Shown piece by piece: positions 46,364 to 61,043 of a stretch of 64,000 nucleotides of DNA. Both the position numbers and the translations under genes were made by a program. Every line of letters begins with the position of its first letter. The first letter of the stretch is position 1. This stretch comes from Octopus vulgaris. Taxonomy: Eukaryota. The notes below the pieces were generated by a model, which saw only the letters and a program-made list of their open reading frames with translations, was not told where the DNA came from and ran no database searches. The stretch covers positions 39,680,001 through 39,744,000 of the forward strand of contig OX597830.1 of NCBI GenBank assembly GCA_951406725.2, written 5' to 3'.

Positions 46364-46572
46364 AGCTGGCAGAATCATCAGCGCGCCGGACAAAATTCTT
46401 AGCGGCAAATCTTTCTGGCTCATTACATTTCGAGCTCAAATTACGCCTGGGGTGACTTCGCCTTTCATTGTTTCTGGGTCAATAAAGTAAGTATCAGTTG
46501 AGCACAGGTGGTCTTTGTAATTGTCTAGCCCCACTCACCCCAAAATTGCCGGTCTTGTACAAATATTGAAAG
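46361..46572 (+). mobile_element. SINE family B, diverged
   Basis: GAGCTGGCAGAATC..GACTTCGCCTTTCAT..AAGTATCAGTTGAGCAC. Confidence 0.75.
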
Positions 46573-46638
46573 CGAGAGAGAGTTATGTGGGTTGTTATAC
46601 CTATATATTATACATATTTATTTATACATACACACATA

Positions 46639-46694
<56 letters not shown>

Positions 46695-47039
46695 CACATA
46701 CATGCACATACATGCACGTGTAGTGTAGGGAGCGTACTGTAATGCTTATAAACATATGATACTATTCAAAGACCACAGACGCAGTTCAGTTCTGTTCTGC
46801 AGGAATTAATTACTCGTTTATTAATAATCAGCATTGTCCATTACGACTTTATTACATGGTACACGCTAAGCTATTCCAATGAATATGCCAACATTTTCAA
46901 AACTGACGACCTATACATGCACTATTCGAAAAATTTGTAGCCGTGAAACTCAGGTGGCTCACCCACATCCATCCATCCATCCATCCATCCATCCATCCAT
47001 CCATCCATCCATCCATACCTCCACATATACATACGTATA

Positions 47040-47079
<40 letters not shown>

Positions 47080-47305
47080 GCTTTGTATGTATGTATGTAT
47101 GTATGTTTGTATGTATGTATGTGTGTGTGTGTGTATGTATGTTTGTTTGTATGTATGTTTGTATATGTACGCGTGTGTACATGTATATGTGCGTGTGCGT
47201 GTGGGTATATATATATATATATATTTACATACATATACATTTGTATATATGTATATGTATATACATGCATGCACATACATATCTATATGTATATTTATAT
47301 GTGTG

Positions 47306-47348
<43 letters not shown>

Positions 47349-47366
47349 GTATATGTATATGTATAC

Positions 47367-47422
<56 letters not shown>

Positions 47423-47565
47423 GTTCGTGTCTTTCTGACGAGATTGTTATCACGTTCTTTCTTTATTTCCTCAACAAATAAATTTATCTTTCGCCTTGCC
47501 TTCTCTATTTTTCCGTCTCACTGCTTTCACCTCATCTCCTCACCTTCTCTCACTCTCTGTCTCTG

Positions 47566-47608
<43 letters not shown>

Positions 47609-47844
47609 ACATCTCCTTTCATACATTCTCATTGTCCTCGTCCTTTCTCTCACTCTCTATCATGTGAAATTGTTTCATTTGTTTTCTGACTTATTAATTT
47701 TAGTAAACACAGATTTCAATACGCCTCTCCTCCCCATACCCTGATCACCTCTGTCAAAAGTGCATAGATATTGCCATCGCACCCGCTATTCTCATTATCC
47801 ATTGTTACAAACGACGTTTTCTTCGTAATCGTCACCCTCTCAAT

Positions 47845-48205
47845 CTTCCTCCTTCTACTCTTCTTTGTCGTCTTCTCCTCCTCCTCCTCCTTCTTCTTCT
47901 TCTTTTTCGTCTTCTTTATTTTCTTCATCTTCTTCTTCGTCTTCTTTATTTTCTTCTTCTTCTTTTTTCTTCTTCTTCTTCTTCTTCTTTATTTCCTTCT
48001 CCCCTCCTTCTTTTTTTCTTCTCCTTCTCCTTCCATCTTCTTTTCCTTCATTGTCATCTTTTCTTCTTCTTTTTCTTCTTCTTCTTCTGCTTCTTCTTCT
48101 TCTTCTTCTTCTTCTTCTTCTTCTTCTTCTTCTTCTTTTTCTTCTCCCCCTCCTTCTTCTTTTTTCCTCTTCTCCTCCTCCTTCGTCTCCTTATCATCAT
48201 CATCT
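47845..48205. repeat. (CTT)n/(CCT)n polypyrimidine low-complexity tract
   Basis: Direct reading. Confidence 0.9.
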
Positions 48206-48361
48206 TTGTTTCTTTGTCATATTTTCAATATTTTTCCACTTTAATTATTTTACAGAGAGTCGTAAGAACGCAGTTTTATCAACACGTGCAAACGAACAAC
48301 TGCATACATATATGCATGTCTCTCTGTGCATGCGTCAATAAGTATATATATATTTGTTTGT

Positions 48362-48401
<40 letters not shown>

Positions 48402-48604
48402 CTTTTTTCGATATATCTTTTGTATTGTTTTTACCGACATTGTCATAACCAGCATAACTTTGTGCAGAACAAGTGTCTACACATGTATGACTCTTCAGTC
48501 TTCTCCGAGGAGGCAAACGTTGCAGTATCTGGCCATGCTATGACAAGAAAATAAATTGAAAGTGCACGCACGCTCGCACCCCCACCCCACCACCACAAAC
48601 ATGT

Positions 48605-48758
48605 ATTGGGTGTATGCTAAGAAGCTTGCTTCCCAACTACATGGTTCCGGGTTCAGTCTCACTGCGTGGCACCTTGGGCCAGTGTCTTCTACTATAGCCT
48701 CGGGCCGACCAGTCTTGTGTGTGGATTTAGTAGACGGAATCTGAAAGAAGCCCGTCGT
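48605..48758 (+). mobile_element. SINE family A 5' half
   Basis: GGTTCCGGGTTCAGTC...GAAAGAAGCCCGTCG. Confidence 0.85.
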
Positions 48759-49074
48759 ATATCTGTGTGTGTGTGTGTGTGTGTGTTTGTGTGCACGCGC
48801 GCGTGTGTATGTGTGTGTATGTAAAGAATCAAAGTTGTTCAATAAAACTTGATTTCCAAAGATTCTGTGGCATATATTTAATACACACACATAGACACAC
48901 TCACACCTATTAGAAGGGGCGCCAATCTGTCGCAGGATTGTCCATTTTTTCCAGTTGAATGAACTGAAGCATCGCGAAATAAAGTGTTTTGCCCGGTCTA
49001 CGAACCGAAAGAATAATCTTACAAACATGATTGCATCACTCTAACTCCAACGCCACGCCCCTGCCACCATTTGT

Positions 49075-49287
49075 ATTCTTTTATTCTTTCGCTTGTTTCA
49101 GTCATTTGACTGTGGCCACGCTGGAGCACCGCCTTTAGTCGAACAAATCGAACCCTGACTTATTCTTTGTAAGCCTAGTACTTATTCTATCGTCCCCTTT
49201 GCCGAACCGCTAAGTTTCGGGGAGGTAAACACACCAACATCGGTTGTCAAGATGGTAGAGGGACAAATACATACACACACACACAAA

Positions 49288-49328
<41 letters not shown>

Positions 49329-49489
49329 AGGGGCTCCTTTCAGTTTCCGTCTACCAGATACACTCAAAAGGCTTTTGTCTGCCCGAGCTATAGCAGTAGA
49401 CACTTGTCTAAGTTGCCACGCAGTGGGACTGAACCCGGAACAATGTGGTTGGAAAATAAGCTTCTTGCCACACAGCTACACCTGCGCCT
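49075..49489 (-). mobile_element. SINE family A, full length
   Basis: Homology to 9602. Confidence 0.9.
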
Positions 49490-49494
49490 ATACT

Positions 49495-49549
<55 letters not shown>

Positions 49550-50384
49550 GCACATATGTATCGATGTGCATATATATGTCCAGAAGAATGTATGTATGGA
49601 TGGATCTCTTTATACAAACACGTAGATGTTTGACATATTTTCCGTTATTTTGTTCTAAACCAGTTGTATTTAATGCATTTTCGACAATCAGGAAGGAAGA
49701 GGATCTAAGTTCCCTTCATTGCGTTTCTTTTTTCTCGTTCCATATTTTGTACCAACCCTCTTCATGTTTCCTCCATATTTTTTTTCTTTTCTTTTTATTG
49801 TCCTACGTTTTTGTTATTTAAAACATATATAACGTATATGCAGAGCCTGAAAGACTGCTTCAAGATTCATGGCGTATTTAATTAATATGCCTGTTCATTC
49901 AGCATGAAAGCATGAAACTATTAGTAGCTCTTTCGGCTGTGTATGTAATATGATATATATATATAAACACATTTATGTACATGTTCCTACTTATGTATGT
50001 ATGTATGTATGTATGTATGTATGTATGTATGTATGTATGTATGTATGTATGTATGTATGTATGTATGTATGTATGCATGCGTGAATTAATGTCTGTATGT
50101 AAGCATGTATGAATGCGTGTGAATGAGTCTGCGAATATCCAGAGGCACATATTCAAGGATACATTGTTGAGGCACTTAGAACAAAGAAGGACTCAACGTA
50201 TTGTAGCTGAGTGTCAACATGATTTATCAAAAACAGCCATCTTTTTGCTGAAGCTACTGTTTTTAATAATAGCGCACATGTTCTCACATGTGTGTATGCA
50301 TGAATGGCTATACACATACCCACACACAAACACACACACACACAAATATATATATATATATACATATATATACATATATATTAA

Positions 50385-50536
50385 TAGTCATAGTAAGACA
50401 GCAAAAGAATGAATGTGACCTCGATATTATGTAAATAGAGGAATTTATCTGGAATGTAATATGTGACAATTATTCGGTTGCCATAATAAGACTCCGAAAC
50501 TCGGAGTCTTGCTATGGCAACCGAATAACTGTCACG

Positions 50537-50540
<4 letters not shown>
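50385..50540. mobile_element. Penelope pLTR-related fragment ending in a 40-bp-arm foldback (50458-50540)
   Basis: GACCTCGATATTATGTAAATAGAGGAATTTATCT matches 23770-23805. The hairpin turns at the GAAACTCGGAGTC motif. Confidence 0.75.
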
Positions 50541-50599
<59 letters not shown>

Positions 50600-50605
50600 C
50601 ACACA

Positions 50606-50813
50606 CGAGGAGATGTTGGAAAGTTCCTGGTATTAAGTATGTCGCGAAAGGCCTGGCTGGAGAGCCAAAATTTCGAGTACAGGGCTTAGAAAAACTGAAG
50701 GACCGTTACAATAAGTGCGTGAATCTGAGAGAGGAATATGATGGATAAAATCATAATTAACTGATCCTCCTGTATTTTCTTTTACCCAAAGCCAGGAACT
50801 TTTCAGCACCCGT
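50606..50813 (+). mobile_element. Mariner-derived MITE of the same family as 18340
   Basis: TIRs GAAAGTTCCTGG / CCAGGAACTTTTCAGCAC and NKCVNLREEY remnant. Confidence 0.75.
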
Positions 50814-51488
50814 CTGTGTATGTGTGTGTGTATGTGTGCGTGTAGTCTTTGCGACTATATACTAGAGCACCACCTTGATTGGTTTAGCTAAACAAGTCGA
50901 TACCTGTACTTACTAGTTTTTATGACCACAAAGAAAATAGTAGCTTATTACTATTTATGGTTTGCACAATCTCACACATAACTAAACTCATTTGTCTTAA
51001 TTTGCAGTGAAATCGTAGCTATTGCAAATTAATAAACAGAACAGATTAGAAGTAGCTGATGTTTAAGCTAAATGTGTTTTTAATAAATACGCATTTTCCG
51101 CCTCAGTAAGTTTTTGAAAAATAAGTTCGTTGGTTGAATCACATATTTCTGCGTTGGTGATTAAATTTCATGAACCTGCTATGTTTCGCCGTTCATTGCT
51201 GCTTTTTCAGAAAACAGTTCCTAATTTTACCGATCACAGTAAAATTTGCTGTTTGGCGACCGGCATGCGTTTCCTCTACATGTCGTGAAAAGCGACTAAA
51301 AGAAGTAGAGGTAGGATTTGCACTTCAAGCTCGTAAAAACCCTCACCGGCAACGACAGCTCAAACGGAAGACATGAGTTGAGGGATTAGAAAGGTATCAT
51401 TCACCAGGAGTAGGGAATCACCAACAAATGCTGGATGCAGTGACGCACTGTTGCAGTGCATGTCCACATACTACTACTACTGCTGCTG

Positions 51489-51527
<39 letters not shown>

Positions 51528-52344
51528 TTACTACTACTTCTACTACTACCACCACCATCACCACTACCACCATCTCCACAGTAGGAATAATAAATTATAG
51601 CTATTTATAGTCTTGATATTTCTTCATAATTTTCAACCACGTGTTTACAGTATTTTGCCATATCTATTTAATTCATCTTTTCAAACCTTTACGCTCCCTC
51701 GGAAGCCAGTCTGTTTGCTTTTTCGTCTACATTTTCGTTTCAGCAAATTTCCTTAATTTGACAGTATCATTCAGCTTTATTCGTTCTTGGATTCATTTCG
51801 TTGTTTTATAGTGCTTTCACGTTATTTCAAATATGATACGGTCGACAACATGTTCAGCTGTTCTATGACTCGTAACTAAATGCCATTGTCCGACGATCTA
51901 GCGATTCTGTACTAATTATGTAAATTAATACAGTATTTGGAAAAAAGCATGTTTTCCCAGAAAATAAAAAAAAAACAAGTGTAGCAGTAAAATATTTTAT
52001 TTTCTCTGCTTATTTTTGTGCATTTTTTAAAACTTAGTTTTAACCATTCTTTTATGCAACAATTTGGAGTGAATCAACATTCCCAAGTCAAAGAAAAGTT
52101 GTCAGTATTTTTTATAACAATTCATCGCTTAAAATACCAGGAATTCACGAGATTATATCTATTCTAAGTATTAATAAGCCTGGACAAGACGGGGTAGGCA
52201 CGGCTTCTTGTTTGTAATATTTTGTTAATGTCATAATACCATTTCTGAGATAATTTAGGAATCTTTAATGACACTACTATTAGCATAATTTGAGTTTTTC
52301 TATGGTAGGTTCATTCACACACACACACACACACACACATTTTC

Positions 52345-52550
52345 ATAGCATTTTTTTCGATGGCCGAGTAACTGAAGAGTTGGCGGCGTGGGTTTCCGCC
52401 CCGACATGCGAAACTCGGAGGTTTATCATGGCTACCGAATAATTATCACATATATTTACAGATTAATTCCTCTATTTACATAATATGGAGGTCTCTTTCA
52501 TTGTAAAACCCCATTATCGACCCGCTTTTTCCATTGTCTTACCATTTCTA

Positions 52551-52552
<2 letters not shown>
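52345..52552 (+). mobile_element. Penelope pLTR-related element with a hammerhead-like motif (52366-52427)
   Basis: CTGAAGA..GAAACTCGGAGGTTTATC. Downstream TCCTCTATTTACATAATATGGAGGTCTCTTTC is homologous to 23645-23680. Confidence 0.7.
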
Positions 52553-52591
<39 letters not shown>

Positions 52592-52674
52592 GGTATAGAG
52601 GAACCCATCAAATTAATGTAAAATTATTTTTATTATAATTCAGCATAAAAACAAATAATATATACATACATATA

Positions 52675-53044
52675 CAGTGATACCTCGCAGTACGAGTTTA
52701 GTTCGTTCCATAACCGAAAGGTCTTACGATTTACTCGTTTCACAAATCAATTTTCCCCTTTGAAATTAACTAATATATAATTAATCCGTTCCAACCCCGC
52801 AAAAAGCATTCAAAATTATTTTTTAATCAGTTTTAATACAGAGAAGATGTAGTTACAAATAAAATGACAATTATGAAAAAAGAGAATACAAAAGAAATAT
52901 GCAAACTGGTTTATTAACAGAATTATTTTACAGATGGGACGATTTGTGTGCTAGATCCTGCGGATTTCCGCTCGTAGTTTCAAGACAAAAATTCGCACAA
53001 TTTCGGCTCGTAGAGCAAACTACTCATACAATGGTGCACAACTG
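52675..53044. mobile_element. pogo/Tigger-type MITE
   Basis: TA|CAGTGATACCTCG..TACGAG left end, degenerate right end ..CTCATAC..GGTGCACAACTG, and Tigger-like TTAATCCGTTCCA. Confidence 0.65.
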
Positions 53045-53438
53045 AAAACAATTGATGATATAATGTAATCCCAGATAAACTTCGCTTGATTAAAAGTGAA
53101 AACGTTTCATCATAAGTCTGTTTAGTTAAGATTGACCTGCAGTAAAATGAGCGACAGCACGTTTCTGAAAAATTTTGATTCACATGTTGGAATATACTTG
53201 CTTTTAAGCCCCGGATGAATAGAAATCATAAATATCAAATATGGTAATATAATTAAGAAATGTAATCGCTGGCTCAAGATCTTTCAATACCTGGCTATTT
53301 TATAAATATTTGCAACTTATTTTATCATATTTAAAGGGAATATAATAATAAAAAAGCTTTTTCCATGAATCTCTCCCCCATTATCGCTCTAATTTTCTTC
53401 ATCTAGCTTTAGTTATTAGACTGCAGCCATGCTGCGCT

Positions 53439-53506
<68 letters not shown>

Positions 53507-53714
53507 ACAATCAGGAACGGCCATAATAGGCTACACAGCTTCAACAAATAAAAATTAATTCCGACGGAATTAATTTTTATTTGCGTTGGCTTGGCTTTAT
53601 TCAGTGGTATTATTATGGTTGATTTGACTTAAAATGGTCTATGACTATTTAATTTTTTCCCACTAGGCCGCTGGTGGCAAAAAATTCTACAAATTTTTTG
53701 CCACCCTATATTGA

Positions 53715-53789
<75 letters not shown>

Positions 53790-53852
53790 TATACATACAT
53801 GCATATATACATATATACATATATATACATATACACACACACATACACACAC

Positions 53853-53898
<46 letters not shown>

Positions 53899-54632
53899 AG
53901 GGTAGGACAGCAAAAACACAACAAATCATAAAAAGCAGAAAGTGAACAAAAACGAAATATACGGACGATTGGCAGCAGATTTCCTCATCAGAGTCCGCTA
54001 AGTCCTAGCGGTTTCACACATTTTCATCCCTGAGACCGCTTGAATCAGAGCAAGTGCCAGAACATTAAGCTAAAAAAGCATTTAGACTCTGGAAAAAGCA
54101 CAGGAATGTATGCAAAAACGAAAACAGGAACATGAAAGCTAGAAGGATACACATACGATAGTGTGAACGCCTTTTGCGGTTATACACCAAGACGAAAATA
54201 AATGTACATTTACAAATAAATAAATAATAGAAAGGCTCTTTCGGTTATTAGATGAACATAACGTGATGAAATAATAATACAAGTGCAACGGAAATGGAAT
54301 TATACATATGCAATGGACAAAACCCTTTCGGCTATACAACAAAACGAAAATAATTTTACGATTACAACATAAATAAATAACTGAAAGGGTCTTTTAACTA
54401 TCAGACGAACGTAGGAGGCTGGTGTAAAGGAGAAATGGAAATTTTTTAACAGACTTGGAAATTTGCTGATACCGAGTTTAAGCAACTACAAATCGCCGTC
54501 ACCATGCATGAAAACTTGATCGGCAAGCGAATTCCAATGAGTTTGACATTCTAAAGAGGAAGGATCTGATATAACGAGGGCAATCGGGGAGAGCGGGATT
54601 TTGGAGGAGGATAACGCAGAAAGGGAGACGAG

Positions 54633-54865
54633 TTGGTGGCCAGTTGGCAGAAACGTTAGCACGCCGGGCGAAATGCGTAGCCGTAATTCGTCTGCCGTTA
54701 GTTCTGAGTTCAAATTCCGCCGAGGTCGACTTTGCCTTTCATCCTTTCGGGGTCGATAAATAAAGTACCAGTTGCACAATGGGGTCGATGTCATCGACTT
54801 AATCCCTTTGTCTGTCCTTGTTTGTCCCCTCTACGTTTAGTCCCTTGCGGGCAATCATAGAAATA
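54633..54865 (+). mobile_element. SINE family B with a 15-bp TSD
   Basis: AGAAAGGG(A/G)GACGAG at 54618-54632 and 54866-54880. Confidence 0.92.
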
Positions 54866-55109
54866 AGAAAGGGGGACGAGATGAAGAGAGACGGGCGTGT
54901 CGGTATTTGATTTGGCAGAAGGTTGTGTACAGCAAACTAAAATAACTCAAGTAGAAATTAGAGTATACGGATGAATTATCCTTCCCAAGCAACCAGGTGG
55001 ATTTCTTTTGATACAGTCTGGAATGTTTGTTTGTGCAACTATCACCAAATCCTAAGAACAGTATTCAACTGAATCTTAATGACCCACAAGAACACGATAT
55101 TTTGTTTTA

Positions 55110-55675
55110 TTGGGTTGTTCGGAAAGTTCGTGCCGATTTATAGTAGCTTACATTTTGACTTATTTTAGAAAACGGTTGAGTCCATAAAATTGGATTTGAC
55201 TAAACCTCCATTTAGAGCACAGTTTAAGCTATCTTTTCGTGGATGAAGGTTTATGTTCCTATAACCTGTGTTAATTCTGTAACCCTTTAAAATGGAAGAT
55301 GAGAAAGTTCATTTTCGGCACTTGATGCTTTGGGAACCAGACAAAAATTGCTGCAGCTCGGCTGGGATGTGTTACCCCACCCTCCATATTCACCAGATAT
55401 TGCTTCTTCGGATTTCCACTTATTCAGGTGTCTACAGAATAGTCTTAATGGTAAAAATTTCAATTCCTTGGATGACGTAAAAAGATACCTCGATGAATTC
55501 TTTGTCATGAAACCACCTCAGTTCTGGGAAGAGGGTATTTTCAAGTTAAAGGAAAGATGGAGACGCATTGTGCAACAAAATAGTTCATATTTGGTTGATT
55601 AAAAATGTAATGGCAAGTATTTATTGACCGTTTTCTTTCCCTTAAAAATCGGCACGAACTTTCCGGATAACCCAA
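55110..55675 (+). mobile_element. Internally deleted mariner element
   Basis: TIRs TTGGGTT(G/A)T(T/C)CGGAAAGTTCGTGCCGATTT with TA TSDs. MEDEKVHFRHLML is joined to LGWDVLPHPPYSPDIASSDFHLF. Confidence 0.93.
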
Positions 55676-55770
55676 TACAACCATAATAAACTACAAAGTA
55701 TACTAAATGCAATTTTAAGTCAATATTGTGTTCTCCTGTGTTAGCAGTGCTACTATATCACTTGTTAAGT

Positions 55771-55950
55771 TTATCCCTACATATTTCCTATAGAAATTAC
55801 AGCCAGTATTGATTTTGTATCGGTGATGCAAGATGTAAACAACAATGAAATCGAAGATGAAAATGTCATATATGCCCATTACCCATATTTCGCCATCGAT
55901 TTCATTGTTTACATCTGGCTATAATTTTTATAGCAAATATGTAGGGATAA
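55771..55950. repeat. Foldback/MITE-like inverted repeat
   Basis: TTATCCCTACATATTT..AGCCAG pairs with CTGGCT..AAATATGTAGGGATAA. Inner AGATGTAAACAA..TCGA pairs with TCGATTTCATTGTTTACATCT. Confidence 0.75.
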
Positions 55951-56453
55951 CCTTATCAGTTGAATCTCATCTGTGTAAAGCTGTCCAAATCCGGGGGTGA
56001 AATACTTCAGAGTTTTTAAGAAAATATCTTTGAAAGGCAACTTTTCGAGGGGGGATCATCAGGTGGTTGTAAAACTAAAAAATTGTTGCGGCATAGTTGG
56101 TGTTTAATTGTGTCTAAAATTGTAAAACAACCTAGTGAACTTCAAGTCAGTGAGATTATCGCAGCTCGGCTTGATCAATACTAATCGTCCCTCGCAGCAA
56201 ATGTACTTCATCACACATTCACCTGTGACAGGTGAGCAGTTGACTGAATCTATCCACTTAAGCAGCATATCATTCCTCAGTCCAAACGAAACCAAAAGCC
56301 GAGTGGTTAAAACAAAACTGTAATAGTACAAACGATGAACTCCGTTTACAAACAGCTCGGGACAAAGATCATCTACTTATGCATTATTACGCAACTAAGA
56401 CAGAAAGACAGACAGATAGGCAGGCAAGCAGACAGACAGACAGACAGACAGAC

Positions 56454-56525
<72 letters not shown>

Positions 56526-56748
56526 TCAGATAAATATGGTACTTAAGCCAAAGGCACCAGAATTTTGTATGGTATTATCCATGTAATACAGTGTTTGATA
56601 AAATGAAGTAGCATGAAACAATTGTACTACTCTACCTTTTTATTTTTTATTTTAATTTTATTTTATCTAGTTTCAGCTCACGAGCTGTGGCCATGCTGGG
56701 GCACCGCATATACTTGTTGGATATACTTGTTGCTTATTTTGATTATTT

Positions 56749-56779
<31 letters not shown>

Positions 56780-56861
56780 CTGTCTGTCTGTCTATCTAAC
56801 TAGCTATTTATTTATTTATCAATCTATCTATATATCTTTCTATCTGCCTATCTATCAATCA

Positions 56862-57003
<142 letters not shown>

Positions 57004-57104
57004 GTCTGTCTGTCTATTTAACTATCTATCTATTTATCAATCTTTCTATATATCTTTCTTTCTATCTCTCTATCTCTCTATCTATCTATCTATCTATCTA
57101 TTTA

Positions 57105-57153
<49 letters not shown>

Positions 57154-57221
57154 ATATACATACATATATATATATATACATATATATATATACATACATA
57201 TATATATATACATACATAAAT

Positions 57222-57258
<37 letters not shown>

Positions 57259-58146
57259 TTTATATATATACATATACATATATACATACATAACATTCTC
57301 TAGCAAGAATATTGTTGATAGTGACTTCAAAGTTTCGGCATGCACACGCTTCAAAATGTAATATTGAGTAATCTTTCCAATAAAGTAAAATTGATTTTAT
57401 GATAACTCGATGTGAAAACAAACATTGTTATATATATATATATATTCATTCATGTATGGATGAATGTCTTTGTATGCATACATATATACATACACATACC
57501 TACCTACCCACCACATAATTTATACATTCAGTACGATACGAATATATATATACACACGTACATACACGCTTACATATATATTTGTTAGGAGCAAATATCA
57601 TTGAAATAATTACCATAGCTTTCAATATTCCAATATCGTTTCACCCTTTATATTTGCCATATAAATAATAATATTCAGTGTGAGTGGTAGCATGAGCAAT
57701 AAATAATAGAAAGCAGCAAACAGTTATTGATGTTCATTGATTCTGACGTGCATCGTGTGACATATATCGTACGATAATCAGGGTCAAGCTCCGATTAATA
57801 GAACGGAAGATTAATTTATGCGTTTATTTTTATACATCTTATTTTCAATGTTTTGACAAGCTATTTTTGAACCTGGTTATGATAATTTCAAAGCTTATTT
57901 CTTGTTTAGAATTGCTGAACAGCGTAGTCGGTTGGGGATGTGGTATAGTGACTGTGATTCGTGCGTATCGAGCACTTTTAAAGTGCAAAAATATTTGTCT
58001 GTTTATATGTTACATACAAACATATCTGTTTACGTATCTCACTATATATGTGTGAGCGTGTGTGCGTGTATGTGTATGTGTGTGTGTGTGTGTATCTGTA
58101 TAATTATATGTATATCTATTTGTGTGTGTGTCTATGTATATACAGA

Positions 58147-58188
<42 letters not shown>

Positions 58189-58323
58189 ATAAGAAAATGT
58201 GTTTCCTTTTATATTGCAGGGAATTTATTCCAAAGTCTGCGTGTATGTGTGTGTGTGTGAGTGTGCGTGTGTAAGTGTGTGTATGTGTGTGTGTTTGTGT
58301 ATGTGGAGAGAGATAGAAATATA

Positions 58324-58355
<32 letters not shown>

Positions 58356-58429
58356 TAGATAGACAGACAGACAGATAGATACATACATACATACATACAT
58401 ACATACATACATACGTACATACATGCATA

Positions 58430-58618
58430 CATCGTTGGCGATTTTCTTTCTCCGTCTTCCCTTCTTTGGACTTTTTCCATATTTCTGACGAAGAGCTCCG
58501 CTCGAAATGTGAAATCCTCTTTCTTTTCTTTCCTTTCCTGAGCGTCCATTAACACTGTACTTATTCCACGTCTCCGCGTTGTTGTTTTCTGTCTTGCTTG
58601 TTCATGTTCGAATTGACT
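58430..58618 (+). mobile_element. Hammerhead-bearing ~200-bp family copy (motif 58481-58515)
   Basis: ATTT-CTGACGA-A-GAGC..GCTC-GAAATGTG-AAAT, lying in (TACA)n. Confidence 0.78.
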
Positions 58619-59324
58619 ACATGCATAAATACATACATAAATACATACATACATACATATATACATACATACATACATACATAAATACATACATACATAC
58701 ATACATACATACATACATACATACATACATACATACATACATACATACATACATACATACATAGCTCTAGATTTAGAGATATAGATATGTATGCGCATAT
58801 TTAGTGGTGGTAATACTGCTGGTGGTTCTCCGTTGTTCAACGATGAGGATTATTCAGTTCAGATGAATTATCTTCTCTTGAATTAATGTTTTCTCAGCTT
58901 ATTTTCCAAAGGAAACTGTACCCTAAACCCTTTCAGACAGAACTGGTAATCAGTGTGGCATAGAGTTTTAAAGGTACAATTCACCCAATGCTACATATAA
59001 TGCTGTTTAGGAAAGTGCCATACCAAGAAATCGAACCTGGAACCACATTATTGTCAGGCGAACTTCTCAAATATTCGACCATAAGCCGTCTGATGCAACT
59101 CATACAAACACACATACAAATGCACACACACATAAATGGACACACACACATACATACTTTATTTGTTCTACTTGTTTCAATTACCGGACGACGCCCATGC
59201 TGGGGCACCGCCTTCAAGGATTTAGTCGAACAAATCCTTTTGTTTACGTCTGCTACTTATTGTGCCAACCTATGTCTTTCTTGCCTAACCACAAGGTTAC
59301 GTGCACTTAAAAATCCCCTGCCTA

Positions 59325-59373
<49 letters not shown>

Positions 59374-59405
59374 TATACGTATATAGACATATACATATAT
59401 ATATC

Positions 59406-59478
<73 letters not shown>

Positions 59479-59491
59479 CATATATATAGAG

Positions 59492-59556
<65 letters not shown>

Positions 59557-59667
59557 TATGAATGGATAGATAGATACACAAACGCATGCATACATACACA
59601 TACACATACACACACAATGACACACACACTGTCACACACACATGCAAACACACGCACACGCAATCAA

Positions 59668-59706
<39 letters not shown>

Positions 59707-59875
59707 CATGCACACCCACGACAGGCTTTCACAGTCTTCGTGTACCGAATTAATTTGTCCAGAGTAATAGTAGAAGACACTCTTTAAGATATCAATTAGT
59801 GGGACTGATCAAACTGGATACCACACGATTGAACCGGAGCTAGCTTGTTATTCTCAGTCATCTATACATACATCG

Positions 59876-60165
59876 TGGCACTCCGACGGTTACGACGACG
59901 AGTGTTCCAGTTGATCCAATCAACGGAACAGCCTGCTGGCGGAATTAACGTGGAAGTGGCTGAGCACTCCACAGACATCCTTAACGTAGTTCTCAAGGAG
60001 ATACAGCGTGACACAGAGTGGGACACCGCTGGCCCTTTGAAATACAGGTACAACAGAAACAGGAAGAGAGAGAAAGTTGTGGTGAAAGCCCGGTCTGGGA
60101 ATCGAAAACGCGATCCTACGACCGCGAGTCCGCTGCCCTAGCCACTGGACAATTGCGCCTCCACA
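59876..60165 (-). mobile_element. Chimeric SINE: family C head + family D tail
   Basis: Head matches 45483. Tail GAGAACTACGTTAAGG..CACGTTAATT..CAGGCTGTTCC..GTCGTAAC matches 22390-22545. Confidence 0.82.
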
Positions 60166-60732
60166 ATACATACATATTCACATTCATATATACATAGAAA
60201 CATACATACACGCACGCATCCAAGCATATGCACAAACACAAACACACACACACACGCACGCGCGCTCGCAAATATTGCATTCGTATTCACGAATGAGGCA
60301 GTTTAAATAAGACTCAAATAACACAGCTGCGATTGTACTGTAAACGTTATTCAAAGATCCGGGCTCTGTTACGCATACGCATACAGTATCACATTGATTA
60401 TGTCCGAGGAAAAGGTAAGACAATGGGATACGCTTGTCTATGGAATATACAGCCACTAACATTATCCTGTAATGAGTATGCAATTCCTTCGATTGAACAA
60501 CGTCAATGCTCATCATGAATGGCAACGAATTATCTGTCTGCATACAAATTTAAGAATAAAATATTGAATATTTAAAAAGTTTCTAGTGTGTCTGTGAAAA
60601 CAATATCAAAGATCGGTTTCCCTTTCGTTGAAATTGAATTTTATATCATGTATGTGTGTGATCTCACAGGCGTTGCTGTGTGGTAAGAAACTTGATTCCC
60701 AACCACTTGGTTCCTGATTCATATATGTATAT

Positions 60733-60833
<101 letters not shown>

Positions 60834-60839
60834 TAGATA

Positions 60840-61043
60840 GTTAATTCAAGCATGAAAACACAAAGAGAAAACACAAACAACGCGAGGACGTGGAACAAGT
60901 ATAGCATTATTGGACGCTCAGGAAAGAAGGAAAGGAGGAGGGTTTAACGTTTTGAGCGGAGCTCTTCGTCAGAAACATAGGAAAAGGAAAGATCCAAAGA
61001 AGGGAAGACGGAGGAAAAAAATCGCCAACGGTACACACGCGGT
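60840..61043 (-). mobile_element. Hammerhead-bearing ~200-bp family copy (motif 60942-60976, GAAA mutated to AAAA)
   Basis: Near-identical to 31455-31650. Confidence 0.8.

Noticed and set aside
47771-48341. Hydrophobic/Ser-rich ORFs resembling membrane proteins
   Set aside because: They derive from the (CTT)n low-complexity tract.
54490-55075. Possible third GIY-YIG remnant on the minus strand around the SINE B insertion
   Set aside because: Only a weak NTDTPVSLH-like motif is visible, which is insufficient support.
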